From Minisyncoccota bacterium (GTDB lineage: Bacteria > Patescibacteriota > Minisyncoccia > Phycocordibacterales > UBA918): DNA of 64,000 bases. Below, in pieces: positions 1 through 9,964 of this stretch. Within the stretch, counting starts at the first letter, position 1. Each line of letters opens with the position of its first letter. Made by a program: the position numbers and the translations under genes. The stretch is from assembly GCA_022841645.1 (NCBI GenBank), contig JALHRC010000004.1:4078-68077 (forward strand). Reading direction: 5' to 3'. The notes beneath the pieces were generated by a model that saw only the letters and a program-made list of their open reading frames with translations, made no database searches and was not told where the DNA came from.

Positions 1-231
1 GGGTGAGAAATGGGGTGGGACCCATTTCGCAAGACTCATTGAGAGTCTTTATGAGCTGGCGATATAAAGAATCCAATGAGTGGACAGAATCTGTAAGATT
101 CGCGAGCACTTAGCGGATTTAAGCGAAGCGTAAAATCTGCTTAGTGACTCGTGTGGACAAGGCGTGCCTTAATACTAGCCGCGTCCAACGTTCTTATAAG
201 CGTAGCGAGTTAGCACCACAAGAGTATTTCC
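1..231. repeat. Tail of a modular structured repeat element of the same family as the tRNA-linked element at 61194-61638; probably continues upstream of the window
   Basis: 3..97 aligns with 61513..61606 and 107..153 with 61300..61348, with compensatory stem changes. Short motifs CGTTCTTATRAGCG and GAGTATTTCC are shared with 61495 and 58426. Confidence 0.75.
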
Positions 232-323
232 ATTTTCATAGTCGTTTCACTCCTTGAAAATTGGTCAAAAAGCGGGACGATTCTGGGCTGGGTCGTAACA
301 ATGACTGCTATACTAACCTCATC

Positions 324-695
324 ATGCTCGACCACCTCACCCTCCGCGTTCCAAACATTGAAAAAACCATCACTTTTTACTCGGCCACCCTAGCCCCACT
401 TAGGTATACCCTCTCCTTCGATCAAACATTTGATGGTGTCCGCGTGGTTGGTTTTGGTAAGGATGGAAAAGTTGATACCTGGTTTACCACCGACACTCCT
501 GTAAGTGCACACTGCCATATTGCCTTTAAAGCAGACTCACCTGACGCCGTTGACACGTTTTACAAAGCTGCGCTAGCAGCCGGTGGCAAGGATAACGGTG
601 CACCTGGACTACGACCGGAATATCACGAGAGGTATTATGGTGCTTTTATTTTTGACCCCGACGGTCACAATATTGAAGCCGTGTACGGAAACTAG
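324..695 (+). CDS. VOC/glyoxalase family protein
   Basis: MLDHLTLRV start, HIAFKA, GGKDNGAPGLRPEYH..YYGAF..DPDGHNIEAV motifs; TATACT just upstream of ATG 324. Confidence 0.9.
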   Translation: MLDHLTLRVPNIEKTITFYSATLAPLRYTLSFDQTFDGVRVVGFGKDGKVDTWFTTDTPVSAHCHIAFKADSPDAVDTFYKAALAAGGKDNGAPGLRPEYHERYYGAFIFDPDGHNIEAVYGN

Positions 696-802
696 CGTGG
701 GTTGATTAGAGCAGTATTGAGTTATGCTGAAGTAAGTCTATTTGAGGATGGTCAGTCAGTATTGTCTCGCCACCTCTCTAAAAATCCCTTACAATTACCC
801 TG

Positions 803-1564
803 ATGAATCTCATTACTCTTAACACCTGGGGTGGTCGTGGCGGGCATGCCGGCCTCATGAGGTTTTTTCACGATCACTCTGGTACTGATGTTTTCTGTCT
901 GCAAGAAATCTGGGCTGGGGGCAACAACGAAATGGTGGGTGTTGTGGCTGGGGGGCAGCCGCTTATTGGTGTCACCACCACACTTCTGGAAGACATCCAG
1001 GCTGTCCTAACTGAGCATCACGTTGTATTTCATCCACATTTCCGTGACTACTACGGACTAGCTGTTTTTGTAAAAAATAAGTACTCCCTTCTGGCTGAAG
1101 GAGAAGTGTTTGTGTATCAAAAAAAGGGTTACGAGTCGACTGATGAGCCAGGCAATCATGCTCGAAACCTTCAGTACGTTACCCTAGAAACAACATCCGG
1201 ACCGCTGACTATCATCAATTTTCACGGGCTTTGGAACGGTCAGGGTAAAACCGATACCCCCGAGCGAATACAACAATCCGTTAACATCTTTGAATTTACT
1301 AAGACACTCACCACTCCCTTTATCATAGCTGGTGACTTCAATCTGCGCCCCGACACTGAAAGTCTTGCTCTCTTAGAGCGCGCTGGTATGAGAAACTTAA
1401 TCACCGAATATAACATCACATCGACCCGCACGAGCTTGTACCAAAAAGACGAACGGTATGCTGATTATGTACTTGTGAGCGAAGGTATTTCGGTAACTGA
1501 CTTTGCGATTCTCCCAGAAGAAGTATCTGACCACGCTGCTCTCTCGCTGACTTTTACACTCTAA
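803..1564 (+). CDS. Endonuclease/exonuclease/phosphatase (EEP) family protein
   Basis: TLNTW, DVFCLQE, GDFN, DYVL and SDH motifs. Confidence 0.9.
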   Translation: MNLITLNTWGGRGGHAGLMRFFHDHSGTDVFCLQEIWAGGNNEMVGVVAGGQPLIGVTTTLLEDIQAVLTEHHVVFHPHFRDYYGLAVFVKNKYSLLAEGEVFVYQKKGYESTDEPGNHARNLQYVTLETTSGPLTIINFHGLWNGQGKTDTPERIQQSVNIFEFTKTLTTPFIIAGDFNLRPDTESLALLERAGMRNLITEYNITSTRTSLYQKDERYADYVLVSEGISVTDFAILPEEVSDHAALSLTFTL

Positions 1565-2255
1565 GCACCCACCGTTCCAACCCCACCGCCATCTCCCTCT
1601 TCCCAGCGTGCGCGTCGTGGTAGAGCGTAAGGAGTTCACTCGAGAGCTGCTCCACTTCCTCAAGGGAATATTTCCGTAGCGCCGCTTTCGCCTTTTTATA
1701 GGGAAACTCCTTCATTCCGGCTTCCTCAGCGCTTTTCGTAATCGCGGCGAGGCGCATAGCCTTAAGCTGATACCACAAAGACCCGACAATTGCCTCGGCC
1801 GCCATCCCACCCTGAAGTTCCTGTACCAGCACGATCCATAATGTCTTTTTATCACGCACCGCAAACGCGTTTCCGAGCGCAAACGGGTCGCTTTTTTCTT
1901 TGGCGCCAGCTTTGTATTCGTTGAAAGAGGCTGCGTGTTTTTCCAGCTGCTTGCGGTAGGCGGCAAGGGGCGCCTCGTCGATGAGAATGAACGTGTTGGA
2001 CGAGGCGGCTAGTTCTGGCAGGGCGTCTGCTACGGTAGTAGCAAAAAGCTCGTCGACTGACGGGGTGTCGAGAAGACAGACCATTGCCTCACCAAACAGT
2101 GAGACGCCGCTAAGGAGCTGCCCGAGTGCCCCCTCTTCATACTGCTCTGCCTCTAAACGAACGGGTGCGACGCCGGCTTCTTCAAAAGGCGCGAGTGCAG
2201 CGAGCGCCTTTGTACGGACAGTGACTGTATCGCTACCACAAAAAACGTGAAGCAT
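1554..2255 (-). CDS. holA: DNA polymerase III delta subunit-like protein (short form)
   Basis: N-terminal MLHVFCGSD, SLFG motif and C-terminal helical collar (LERWVL); directly downstream of polA. Confidence 0.7.
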   Translation of the reverse strand: MLHVFCGSDTVTVRTKALAALAPFEEAGVAPVRLEAEQYEEGALGQLLSGVSLFGEAMVCLLDTPSVDELFATTVADALPELAASSNTFILIDEAPLAAYRKQLEKHAASFNEYKAGAKEKSDPFALGNAFAVRDKKTLWIVLVQELQGGMAAEAIVGSLWYQLKAMRLAAITKSAEEAGMKEFPYKKAKAALRKYSLEEVEQLSSELLTLYHDAHAGKREMAVGLERWVLRV

Positions 2256-2262
2256 AGGATAT

Positions 2263-4671
2263 TTAGGAGCGGGAAATCTCGTAATTGGTCAGCTCCGCCC
2301 AATTATTCCCCACCGCCGCTTCAACCCTTAGTGGCACGCCATAGGTCTCCCGGTCACGCAGTACCCCTTCCATAACTGCGACTAGGTGCGGGAGTTCAGC
2401 CGCCACAACGTCCTCCTTCACTTCAAATACTAATTCGTCGTGTACTTGAAGAAGCATCCGCACCACGTCTGTCTTGTTGTTTTTTTTGAGATAATCGTAC
2501 ACTTCGTTCATGGCAACACGCATGACATCGGCAGCCGTACCTTGGACCGGCGCATTGATTGCCATGCGTTCGGCACTGGCTCGAATGAAGGGCTGGCTGG
2601 AAGTAATGCCCGGAAACTGCCGGCGGCGACCAAACAACGTTTCGGTGTACCCATGTTTGCGCGCGTATTCCTTGGTCTCTTCAAGATACTCCGCCAGGCG
2701 CGTGAAGGTATTGAAGTAGGCATTGAGGAACTCTTGTGCTTCTTCGCGACTGGTCCCTTCGCCTAAGTTGCCCCGCAGTGCCACTACCCCCATACCATAG
2801 AGAATGCCAAAGTTGATCACCTTGGCCTTGCGGCGCATTTCCTTAGTAACCTCGGTGGCGTCCACGCCAAACACGCGAATGGCCACCCCGGTATGAACAT
2901 CCTCGCCGCGGCGGAAGATGTCGATGAGTTTCATATCGTGGGATAGAATGGCCGCAATCCGTAGCTCGATCTGCGAGTAGTCGATCGAGACGATGCGGTA
3001 GCCGGGCGCCGCCACAAAAGCCTGACGGATAGCGCGACTTTCAGTTGTACGAATGGGGATGTTCTGTAAGCCAGGATTTTGCGTGGCCATACGACCTGTT
3101 GCCGCCCCGGTTTGAATGAAGGTGGTATGAAGACGGCCATCGGGTGCGACAAAGCCGGGGAGGTTGTCGACGTAGGTAGAGACGAGCTTTTGGAGTTCGC
3201 GGTAGCGCAAAATCTGTTCGATGACCGGGTGTTCGCCCTTCAACTTTTCAAGCTCCGATTCCTTCGTCGAGCGCTGTCCACCGGCCGTCTTTTTTTGGTT
3301 TTTTGGTTTGAGACCAAGGGTATCAAACAGAATGTCGCCAAGCTGCTTAGGGGAATTGAGATTAAACACCACTCCCGCATGACCATAAATGGCGGTTTCG
3401 AGAGTTTCAAGTTCAGCATGCATAGTGACCGATAAGGTCTTTAGATAATCAGTGTCGAGGAGAATGCCATTCTCTTGCATGTGGTCAAGAACCGTCATTA
3501 ACGGTTCCTCAATATCGAGGAACAACTGCCATAACCCCACACTTTTAAGTCGCTCTTCTAAGAGCGCAATGATTTGTGACACATCCATGGTGTCGAGAAA
3601 CGCCCGACCGTATTCCATAATATCTTCGACTGAGGCGTTGGTGCGCTCACTTTCAAGGAGCCAAAGAAGGACGGCGGCGCGACGCACGAGTGTGGGACTA
3701 ATCTCACCCGCACTATGCCGCGCTGCCTCTGCCTCCATAACACCAAACAAAGTCTTCACTCTCCCGGTAAGGGAGCGGAACCCAAGCTCGGTAAAAAGTG
3801 CCAGTATAGCTGGTGGGTCGGCGTGGGTGCGCCAGGCAGTTTTTTCAAGCTCGAAGTTAATCGGCGCGTCGGTACGAATCGTCGCCAGCATTTTGGAAAA
3901 CCGCGCCTCTTCTTCTCCGTTTTTGAGGAGCTCGATAATGCGTGGCTTGATACCGGCCGCCAGAAAGGCTTCGTCACCCTTCTTTAATTTTTTATAAATA
4001 GTGTCAAGGTCGCCAAAATGCGTAAGGAGGTCGGTGGCAGTTTTCTCACCAATCCCGACAATACCAGGAATGTTGTCACTCGTGTCGCCACGCAGACCTT
4101 TGTAGTCGGGTACGTGTTTGGGCGGAAATCCAAAGCGTTCTTTAACGGCCACTTCATCATACAAAATAGTGTCCTTAATTCCCTTCTTGAGGGTATAAAC
4201 CGCCACCCGCTTACCGTCAACACACTGCAGTGTATCCATATCTCCCGACGCAATAATAACGCGGATTTCTTTTTGGGTGCGCAATTCGTGGGCGATGGTC
4301 CCAAGAGCGTCGTCGGCTTCAAAGCCCGGGTGTTCGTAGATAGGAATGCCGAAGCAAGCAAAAATAGCGCGCGATCGCTCAATCTGCGCAACCAGTCCAT
4401 CGTCGGTTTTCTCCCGTTTTCCTTTATAGGCCGCAAAGGCAGTGTGACGATAGGTGGGCTCGGGTAGGTCGTAACAGGCGGCGATATAGTCGGGCTTAAA
4501 TTCCTCGATGATGCGCAAGAGCATAGTTACTACACCATAGAGCGCCCCTGAAGGTTCGCCGGCCGGCGTCGTAAAGTCCGGAAGGGCGTGAAATGCCCGA
4601 TGTAAAATAGCGTGAGCATCTAGGAGCACTAGGGTCTTTTGGTCATTCCCTTTCCCGGCGGATTTTGCCAT
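2263..4671 (-). CDS. polA: DNA polymerase I (5'-3' exonuclease + polymerase; reduced middle domain)
   Basis: LLDAHAILHRAFHA, EADD, GDTSDNIPG, DYSQIELR, KVINFGILYG and QVHDELV motifs. Confidence 0.97.
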   Translation of the reverse strand: MAKSAGKGNDQKTLVLLDAHAILHRAFHALPDFTTPAGEPSGALYGVVTMLLRIIEEFKPDYIAACYDLPEPTYRHTAFAAYKGKREKTDDGLVAQIERSRAIFACFGIPIYEHPGFEADDALGTIAHELRTQKEIRVIIASGDMDTLQCVDGKRVAVYTLKKGIKDTILYDEVAVKERFGFPPKHVPDYKGLRGDTSDNIPGIVGIGEKTATDLLTHFGDLDTIYKKLKKGDEAFLAAGIKPRIIELLKNGEEEARFSKMLATIRTDAPINFELEKTAWRTHADPPAILALFTELGFRSLTGRVKTLFGVMEAEAARHSAGEISPTLVRRAAVLLWLLESERTNASVEDIMEYGRAFLDTMDVSQIIALLEERLKSVGLWQLFLDIEEPLMTVLDHMQENGILLDTDYLKTLSVTMHAELETLETAIYGHAGVVFNLNSPKQLGDILFDTLGLKPKNQKKTAGGQRSTKESELEKLKGEHPVIEQILRYRELQKLVSTYVDNLPGFVAPDGRLHTTFIQTGAATGRMATQNPGLQNIPIRTTESRAIRQAFVAAPGYRIVSIDYSQIELRIAAILSHDMKLIDIFRRGEDVHTGVAIRVFGVDATEVTKEMRRKAKVINFGILYGMGVVALRGNLGEGTSREEAQEFLNAYFNTFTRLAEYLEETKEYARKHGYTETLFGRRRQFPGITSSQPFIRASAERMAINAPVQGTAADVMRVAMNEVYDYLKKNNKTDVVRMLLQVHDELVFEVKEDVVAAELPHLVAVMEGVLRDRETYGVPLRVEAAVGNNWAELTNYEISRS

Positions 4672-4745
4672 GCCACCAGTATACTCGTTCGCACTATAAG
4701 CGGCCAGGAGAGGGCTTATGACCTATACCATAACGCCACCCTGCG

Positions 4746-5186
4746 CTATTCGCTTGAGCTAATCGTCCTCGTGCCGTCAGGCCGGAGCGTTAATTCAAAG
4801 TAGCGTGTATGAGGAGGCAAAACATCTTTGATACGATCGGCCCACTCGATACACACCAAGGTGCGGGACTGGCCAAGGACTTCGGAGAAACGTAAGGGGG
4901 CGAGCTCGGCAAGCGATTCAATCCGATAGGCATCAATATGCACGAGAGTAGCAAACTGGTCGTGTGTTGTAGCGTACGAGCGCATGATGAGATAAGTAGG
5001 GCTCGTCACGACGTCTGTCACGCCCAAAAGTTTTGCCACGCTCTGCGTGAAGGTAGTTTTGCCAACCCCCAAATCGCCGATAAGCGCCACTACCGTAGCG
5101 CCCTGTGGGTGTGGTGAAAGACTCGCGAGCGTCGCCTCTACGTAGTCAGCGAGGGCGGCAAGCGTCGGTAGTTGAGTAGTCGACAT
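4746..5186 (-). CDS. tsaE: tRNA threonylcarbamoyladenosine biosynthesis ATPase TsaE
   Basis: GDLGVGKTTF, VTSPTY, HIDAYRI and IEWAD; start taken at MSTTQ. Confidence 0.93.
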   Translation of the reverse strand: MSTTQLPTLAALADYVEATLASLSPHPQGATVVALIGDLGVGKTTFTQSVAKLLGVTDVVTSPTYLIMRSYATTHDQFATLVHIDAYRIESLAELAPLRFSEVLGQSRTLVCIEWADRIKDVLPPHTRYFELTLRPDGTRTISSSE

Positions 5187-5255
5187 TGGTACCATAACAG
5201 TACTATCGGCACCAGCATCTGTCACGTCGCGCATGCTACAATTTTTTATATCATC

Positions 5256-6944
5256 ATGGTGCAATTTAACGACCATCTCGCGAACGAACGTCTCTCCGAA
5301 CTTCGTCATGAGGAAGAGGAGCGGGTAATCGCTACCCAGGCAGCCCAGTACGGTTACCCGTATATCAACTTAAACGGCTACACGATTAATCCCAATGCCC
5401 TCTCCGAAATCCCGGAGGCCGTAGCGCGGGGAGCTAGCGCAGTAGCCTTTGAGCGCGCTGGCGCCCAGATCAAGGTGGCAGTGAAGAATCCCAGCCTACC
5501 TGAGGTGGCTACCATGCTGACGCAGCTCCAAAATAAGAAACTCGTTCCAGCCATCTATATGTGTTCGAGCAAGAGCCTCGATCACGCCTGGGAGCGGTAC
5601 CGTGACCTTTCTATAACCAGTGCTAAAAAACGTGGGGTGTTTGACTTTGACCCTGAGAACATCGCTCGCTTCTCTACAGCCGTACGGGCGGCTACCGATG
5701 TCGCAGACATCATGAAAAGCATCGGCACCATCAACAATGCTCGCCGTATCACCGAAACCCTCGAGCTCACGTTCGCCGGAGCACTTTCACTCGGCGCTTC
5801 TGACATCCATATCGAACCCGAGGACGGCGGCATTCGCCTCCGCTACCGCCTTAATGGCGTGTTGCGTGACATAGTTGACATCGACGCCGGGCTCTATAGC
5901 CGCCTCATGTCGCGCCTCAAACTGCTGGCGGGGATGACCCTCAATAAAAAACTGGGGGCGCAAGACGGTCGCTTTACTTTCTCAATGGGCGAACATGAAA
6001 TTGAGGTGCGCGTCTCAGTGATTCCCGCCGCCCTTGGCGAATCGGTGGTGATGCGTCTTCTCGATCCTTCCGTGGCGAGCTTTAGCCTCGATAAACTACA
6101 GCTCTCCGACATCATGCTACGCGTGATGAAAGTGGAACTCAAGAAAAAAACCGGCATGATCATCACTTCTGGTCCTACTGGTTCGGGCAAGACCACTGCC
6201 CTTTATGCCTTTTTGCGCGAGAAGCACACCGAGAACACCAAAATTATTACCATCGAAAATCCGATCGAGTACAAGCTCGACGGTATCGTACAAACACAAG
6301 TAAGCGAGGACTACACCTTCGCCTCGGGTCTCCGCTCGATCCTCCGCCAAGACCCGAACGTCATTATGGTGGGCGAGATCCGCGATAGCGAAGTGGCTGA
6401 AACGGCAGTGCGGGCTGCGCAGACAGGTCACCTCGTGTTCACTACCCTGCACACCAATAACGCAGTGGGTGGGTTTGCCCGCCTCACCAACTTGGGTGTC
6501 GACCCCCGTATTTTTAAAAGCGCAATCAATATCATGCTTGGGCAGCGCCTCATCCGTCTTTTGTGCCCGCAGTGCAAAACGACGAAACCAGCGAGCGAAA
6601 ATGAACGAACGATTGTCGAACGTGTGCTCTCCGACCATCCGGAACCACCGACTATTCCCTCGCCGCTTACGCTTCACATTCCTGGCCCGGGTTGTGCGCT
6701 CTGTAGCATGAGCGGTTATAAGGGCCGCATCGGTATTTTTGAGGCTATCCTGATGGACGACGCCGTCGAGGAAGCGATTTTGCGTGACCCACGCGAGCAA
6801 GTTATTTTAGAAGCCGCCATGCCACAAAAAATTCCCTCCATGACGCACGATGGAATGGTGAAAGTACTTTGTGGCGATACCTCATTTGAAGAGCTCGAGC
6901 GCGTGGTCGAACTTCCAAGGCGCGCTGATGACCCACTGCCGTAA
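5256..6944 (+). CDS. GspE/PulE/PilB family type IV pilus assembly ATPase
   Basis: ASDIHIEP, QDGRF, GPTGSGKTT, LRQDPNVIMVGEIRD, TGHLVFTTLHTN and CxxC zinc motifs. Confidence 0.93.
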   Translation: MVQFNDHLANERLSELRHEEEERVIATQAAQYGYPYINLNGYTINPNALSEIPEAVARGASAVAFERAGAQIKVAVKNPSLPEVATMLTQLQNKKLVPAIYMCSSKSLDHAWERYRDLSITSAKKRGVFDFDPENIARFSTAVRAATDVADIMKSIGTINNARRITETLELTFAGALSLGASDIHIEPEDGGIRLRYRLNGVLRDIVDIDAGLYSRLMSRLKLLAGMTLNKKLGAQDGRFTFSMGEHEIEVRVSVIPAALGESVVMRLLDPSVASFSLDKLQLSDIMLRVMKVELKKKTGMIITSGPTGSGKTTALYAFLREKHTENTKIITIENPIEYKLDGIVQTQVSEDYTFASGLRSILRQDPNVIMVGEIRDSEVAETAVRAAQTGHLVFTTLHTNNAVGGFARLTNLGVDPRIFKSAINIMLGQRLIRLLCPQCKTTKPASENERTIVERVLSDHPEPPTIPSPLTLHIPGPGCALCSMSGYKGRIGIFEAILMDDAVEEAILRDPREQVILEAAMPQKIPSMTHDGMVKVLCGDTSFEELERVVELPRRADDPLP

Positions 6945-6959
6945 TGGTAACGGGTACAC

Positions 6960-7302
6960 TACTGCTTTGGAGATAGAAACTTCGTATGGTCAAGGCGACA
7001 GGCAGCACGGCTGTGCTATAGTCGGCTCGTACCGATGTTCTTCTCACTTCCAGAATATAACTCTCTAAGCAAAACTTCGGAGAGAAGGTGAATGCCGCGC
7101 TAAGAAAATTGGTCGCACTCTCACTCGAGGTGAGCGCCACCAGTCCCTCGCAACGCACTCGCGTTGCTTAGAGAGTTATCGTCTGGAAGAAATATAAAGC
7201 TTTCGTGTCGTTCTCCTGGTTACAGAAGAGGAGCACGCGAGCGCGCTAAAAAGAGCAATAAAAAGTCGTGTCGAGTCCGACACGTGAGAACAGCTATTTA
7301 CC
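6960..7302 (-). ncRNA. Putative structured non-coding RNA, 6S-like candidate; 3' end uncertain
   Basis: Near-consensus sigma70 promoter upstream; 16-bp (7057-7072/7164-7179) plus 8-bp (7047-7054/7182-7189) stems; G-U pairs favour the minus strand; no credible ORF. Confidence 0.5.
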
Positions 7303-7307
7303 TATCT

Positions 7308-7336
7308 ATCTTAGCATACTCTTAATAAATTGTCAA
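7308..7336 (-). promoter_or_regulatory. Sigma70 promoter TTGACA-17-TAAGAT with extended -10 TG
   Basis: Minus strand reads TTGACA atttattaagagtatgc TAAGAT. Confidence 0.8.
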
Positions 7337-7525
7337 TGCCTCGGCTTTTTACCCTCCCTTCACAACACCCTACGCTATTCCTTCAGCCCCCCCACCCCAA
7401 CATTACGCCCTCCAGGAACAGCGCAGTGTGTCGTTTTGGGATAACATCAGCTCAACTTTGCTGCTTACTCACAGCATGAGACAGCGCCCCGGCGTAGGCC
7501 GGTTTTTGTTATACTAAGGCCACTT

Positions 7526-8518
7526 ATGGAGCCTTCCACCACCCCCATCACTCGCGAGGATGCCGGCAGCCTCGACCGCACGCTGCGGCCGGAGCGCTGG
7601 GAAGAATATGTCGGTCAAGCCAAGATTAAAGAAAATCTGCGGATTTTGCTTACCGCTGCTAAAGGTCGCGGCCACGCCGCGGAGCACATTCTCCTCTACG
7701 GCCCGCCGGGTCTCGGGAAGACCACCTTGGCGCACCTAATCGCGCGCACACTTGGCACCACCATGCGCACCACCTCGGGCCCCGCGATCGAACGGGTGGG
7801 CGACTTGGCGGCTATCCTCACCAACCTCTCCCCGGGCGATGTTCTTTTTATCGACGAGATCCATCGGCTTTCAAAAACCATCGAGGAAGTGCTCTACCCT
7901 GCCATGGAATCGGGTGTGCTCGACATCATTATTGGTAAAGGGCCATCGGCCCGTACCGTGCAGCTCGATCTACCACCCTTTACACTAGTGGCGGCCACCA
8001 CGCGTATCTCTCTCCTCTCCGCCCCTTTGCGTTCACGCTTCTCCGGCGGTACGTTTCGACTAGAGTTTTATACTGATGAAGAGATCGGGCAGATTCTCAG
8101 TCGTTCCGCCGGTCTTTTGGGTGTCGAGGTGCCGGCGCCGGTCGTTGCCGACATCGCAACACGTGCACGGGCCACGCCGCGAACAGCAAACTACCTCCTC
8201 AAGCGCTGTCGGGACTTGGCCCAACTTGAAGGTGGAGCTTTGAATGAAACAATTGTTGAGCGTACCTTTACCCTACTTGAAGTCGACCGTTTGGGCCTCG
8301 GGGCTCCCGACCGTGCAGTGCTCGATGTCATCATCAATAAATTTAACGGCGGGCCAGTGGGCCTTACCACCATCGCGGCCGCCACCGGTGAAGAACAATC
8401 AACCATCGAAGACGTGATTGAGCCCTATCTCATCCGTCAGGGCCTTATCGAGCGCACCCCGCGTGGTCGCGTGGCGAGCCCCGCTGCCTACAGTCACTTA
8501 CAAAGCTTTTCAAAATAG
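7526..8518 (+). CDS. ruvB: Holliday junction branch migration helicase RuvB
   Basis: [28 protein letters not shown] and IERTPRGR. Confidence 0.97.
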   Translation: MEPSTTPITREDAGSLDRTLRPERWEEYVGQAKIKENLRILLTAAKGRGHAAEHILLYGPPGLGKTTLAHLIARTLGTTMRTTSGPAIERVGDLAAILTNLSPGDVLFIDEIHRLSKTIEEVLYPAMESGVLDIIIGKGPSARTVQLDLPPFTLVAATTRISLLSAPLRSRFSGGTFRLEFYTDEEIGQILSRSAGLLGVEVPAPVVADIATRARATPRTANYLLKRCRDLAQLEGGALNETIVERTFTLLEVDRLGLGAPDRAVLDVIINKFNGGPVGLTTIAAATGEEQSTIEDVIEPYLIRQGLIERTPRGRVASPAAYSHLQSFSK

Positions 8519-8524
8519 ATCGCC

Positions 8525-9061
8525 ATGTCCGGACACAACAAATGGTCAAAGATCAAACGCAAGAAAGCCACTGGCGACGCTCACAAGAGTCGGCTCTTTA
8601 CCAAGCACGCCGCAGTGATTGCGATGGAATCACGTAAAGCCGGCGGCAACCTCGCCTCACCCGGACTTGCTGCCGCCATCACCCGCGCCAAAGCCGACGC
8701 AATGCCCAAAGATAATATCGACCGAGCAGTGGCTAAAGGCAAAGGTGCCGACGGAGCAGCGCTTGAGGCAGTGTTGTTTGAAACGTTTGGTCCTGGTGGT
8801 ACCGCCATCCTCATCACGGCGGTTACCGACAACAACAATCGGACCAGTCAGGAGATCAGACACCTTCTCACCAAGGCTGGCTACAGCCTTGGTGCACCAG
8901 GCTCGGCGGCATGGGCCTTCCAGAAATCTAGTGAGGGTTACACACCCACCTCGCCACTCACCCTTTCCGACAGTGACGGTGAAGCGCTCGCGGGGCTTAT
9001 TGAAGCACTGGAAGAACACGACGACGTGCAGGATATTTACACCACTGCCGATGGCGACTAA
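8525..9061 (+). CDS. yebC: YebC/PmpR family protein (short form)
   Basis: MSGHNKWSKIKRKK, MPKDNIDRA, TDNNNRT and LEEHDDVQDIY. Confidence 0.93.
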   Translation: MSGHNKWSKIKRKKATGDAHKSRLFTKHAAVIAMESRKAGGNLASPGLAAAITRAKADAMPKDNIDRAVAKGKGADGAALEAVLFETFGPGGTAILITAVTDNNNRTSQEIRHLLTKAGYSLGAPGSAAWAFQKSSEGYTPTSPLTLSDSDGEALAGLIEALEEHDDVQDIYTTADGD

Positions 9062-9069
9062 TCCTTCCT

Positions 9070-9549
9070 ATGCGTGTTTTAGCAATTGACCCTGGGTTCG
9101 ATCGACTCGGCGTGGCGGTACTTGAGCGTGGGGAGGGCCGCGAGCGCCTCATGTATTCGGCCTGTCTCGGGAGTCAGCGCGGCACCCCACTACCCGAGCG
9201 CCTCCACGAACTCGGCGTGGCGCTCGCGGCCCTTTTCAAAACACACCAGCCCACCCACCTCGCGATCGAAACTCTGTTTTTTAACAAAAATGTTAAAACT
9301 GCCATCGATGTAGCGCAGGCACGCGGCATGGTGCTCTATTTGGCCCGGGCGGCGGGCGCGATAGTCTGCGAGTACAGTCCCCAAGCAGTAAAGATTGCGG
9401 TTACCGGCTACGGCAAAAGTGACAAAGCCTCTATGACCGCTATGGTACGTCGGCTTCTGCCTGAAGCGCCCACCTTGGCACAGGATGATGAATACGACGC
9501 CATCGCTGTCGGGATTACCTGCCTTGCACATGTGGGCCGAGGTAGGTAA
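9070..9549 (+). CDS. ruvC: Crossover junction endodeoxyribonuclease RuvC
   Basis: LAIDPG, IETLFFNKN, QARG, VTGYGKSDK and DDEYDAIA. Confidence 0.96.
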   Translation: MRVLAIDPGFDRLGVAVLERGEGRERLMYSACLGSQRGTPLPERLHELGVALAALFKTHQPTHLAIETLFFNKNVKTAIDVAQARGMVLYLARAAGAIVCEYSPQAVKIAVTGYGKSDKASMTAMVRRLLPEAPTLAQDDEYDAIAVGITCLAHVGRGR

Positions 9550-9616
9550 AATCCTCGGGACCTCGCTGGTTGCCCGGTGAGTTATTTCTACCAACGCTAA
9601 CCTTCACTATTCATAT

Positions 9617-9892
9617 ATGGTATTTCGCGCAGATGAGGATGTTCTCGCCGAGGATGAGGAAATGGACGACGAGGAAGCCACCCTCGCCGACGATATTCTC
9701 GATGAAGTGGGCGAAACCGAAGATGATGCGGGGCCTGAGGATATGGAAGGCTTTGGTCACCTCTCGGACGACGCCGCTGAAGAGCCTGAGGAAGAGACTC
9801 CCGCTGAAAAAGCTGAAGACGAGGCCACGCCTTTAGAAGAAGATGCTGAGGACGTAGACTTTGACACCTTTGACGACGTAGACGAACTCTAG
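9617..9892 (+). CDS. Small, highly acidic hypothetical protein
   Basis: 91-aa D/E-rich ORF followed by a terminator. Confidence 0.75.
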   Translation: MVFRADEDVLAEDEEMDDEEATLADDILDEVGETEDDAGPEDMEGFGHLSDDAAEEPEEETPAEKAEDEATPLEEDAEDVDFDTFDDVDEL

Positions 9893-9913
9893 ACGGGAGT
9901 GGGTAGTAATAAA

Positions 9914-9950
9914 CAGCAAAAGGGCACGCGATACGCGTGCCCTTTTGCTG
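9914..9950. terminator. Bidirectional intrinsic terminator
   Basis: CAGCAAAAGGGCACGCG-ATA-CGCGTGCCCTTTTGCTG between convergent genes. Confidence 0.85.
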
Positions 9951-9964
9951 ACCTGGGTTTTTAT

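Noticed and set aside
6802-7158. 118-aa minus-strand ORF overlapping the pilB-like 3' end
   Set aside because: No motif or plausible start context; the region is better explained by RNA structure.
1554-9061. Short PolA, HolA and YebC as pseudogenes
   Set aside because: Frames are intact with terminal motifs present; compact versions are expected in reduced CPR genomes.
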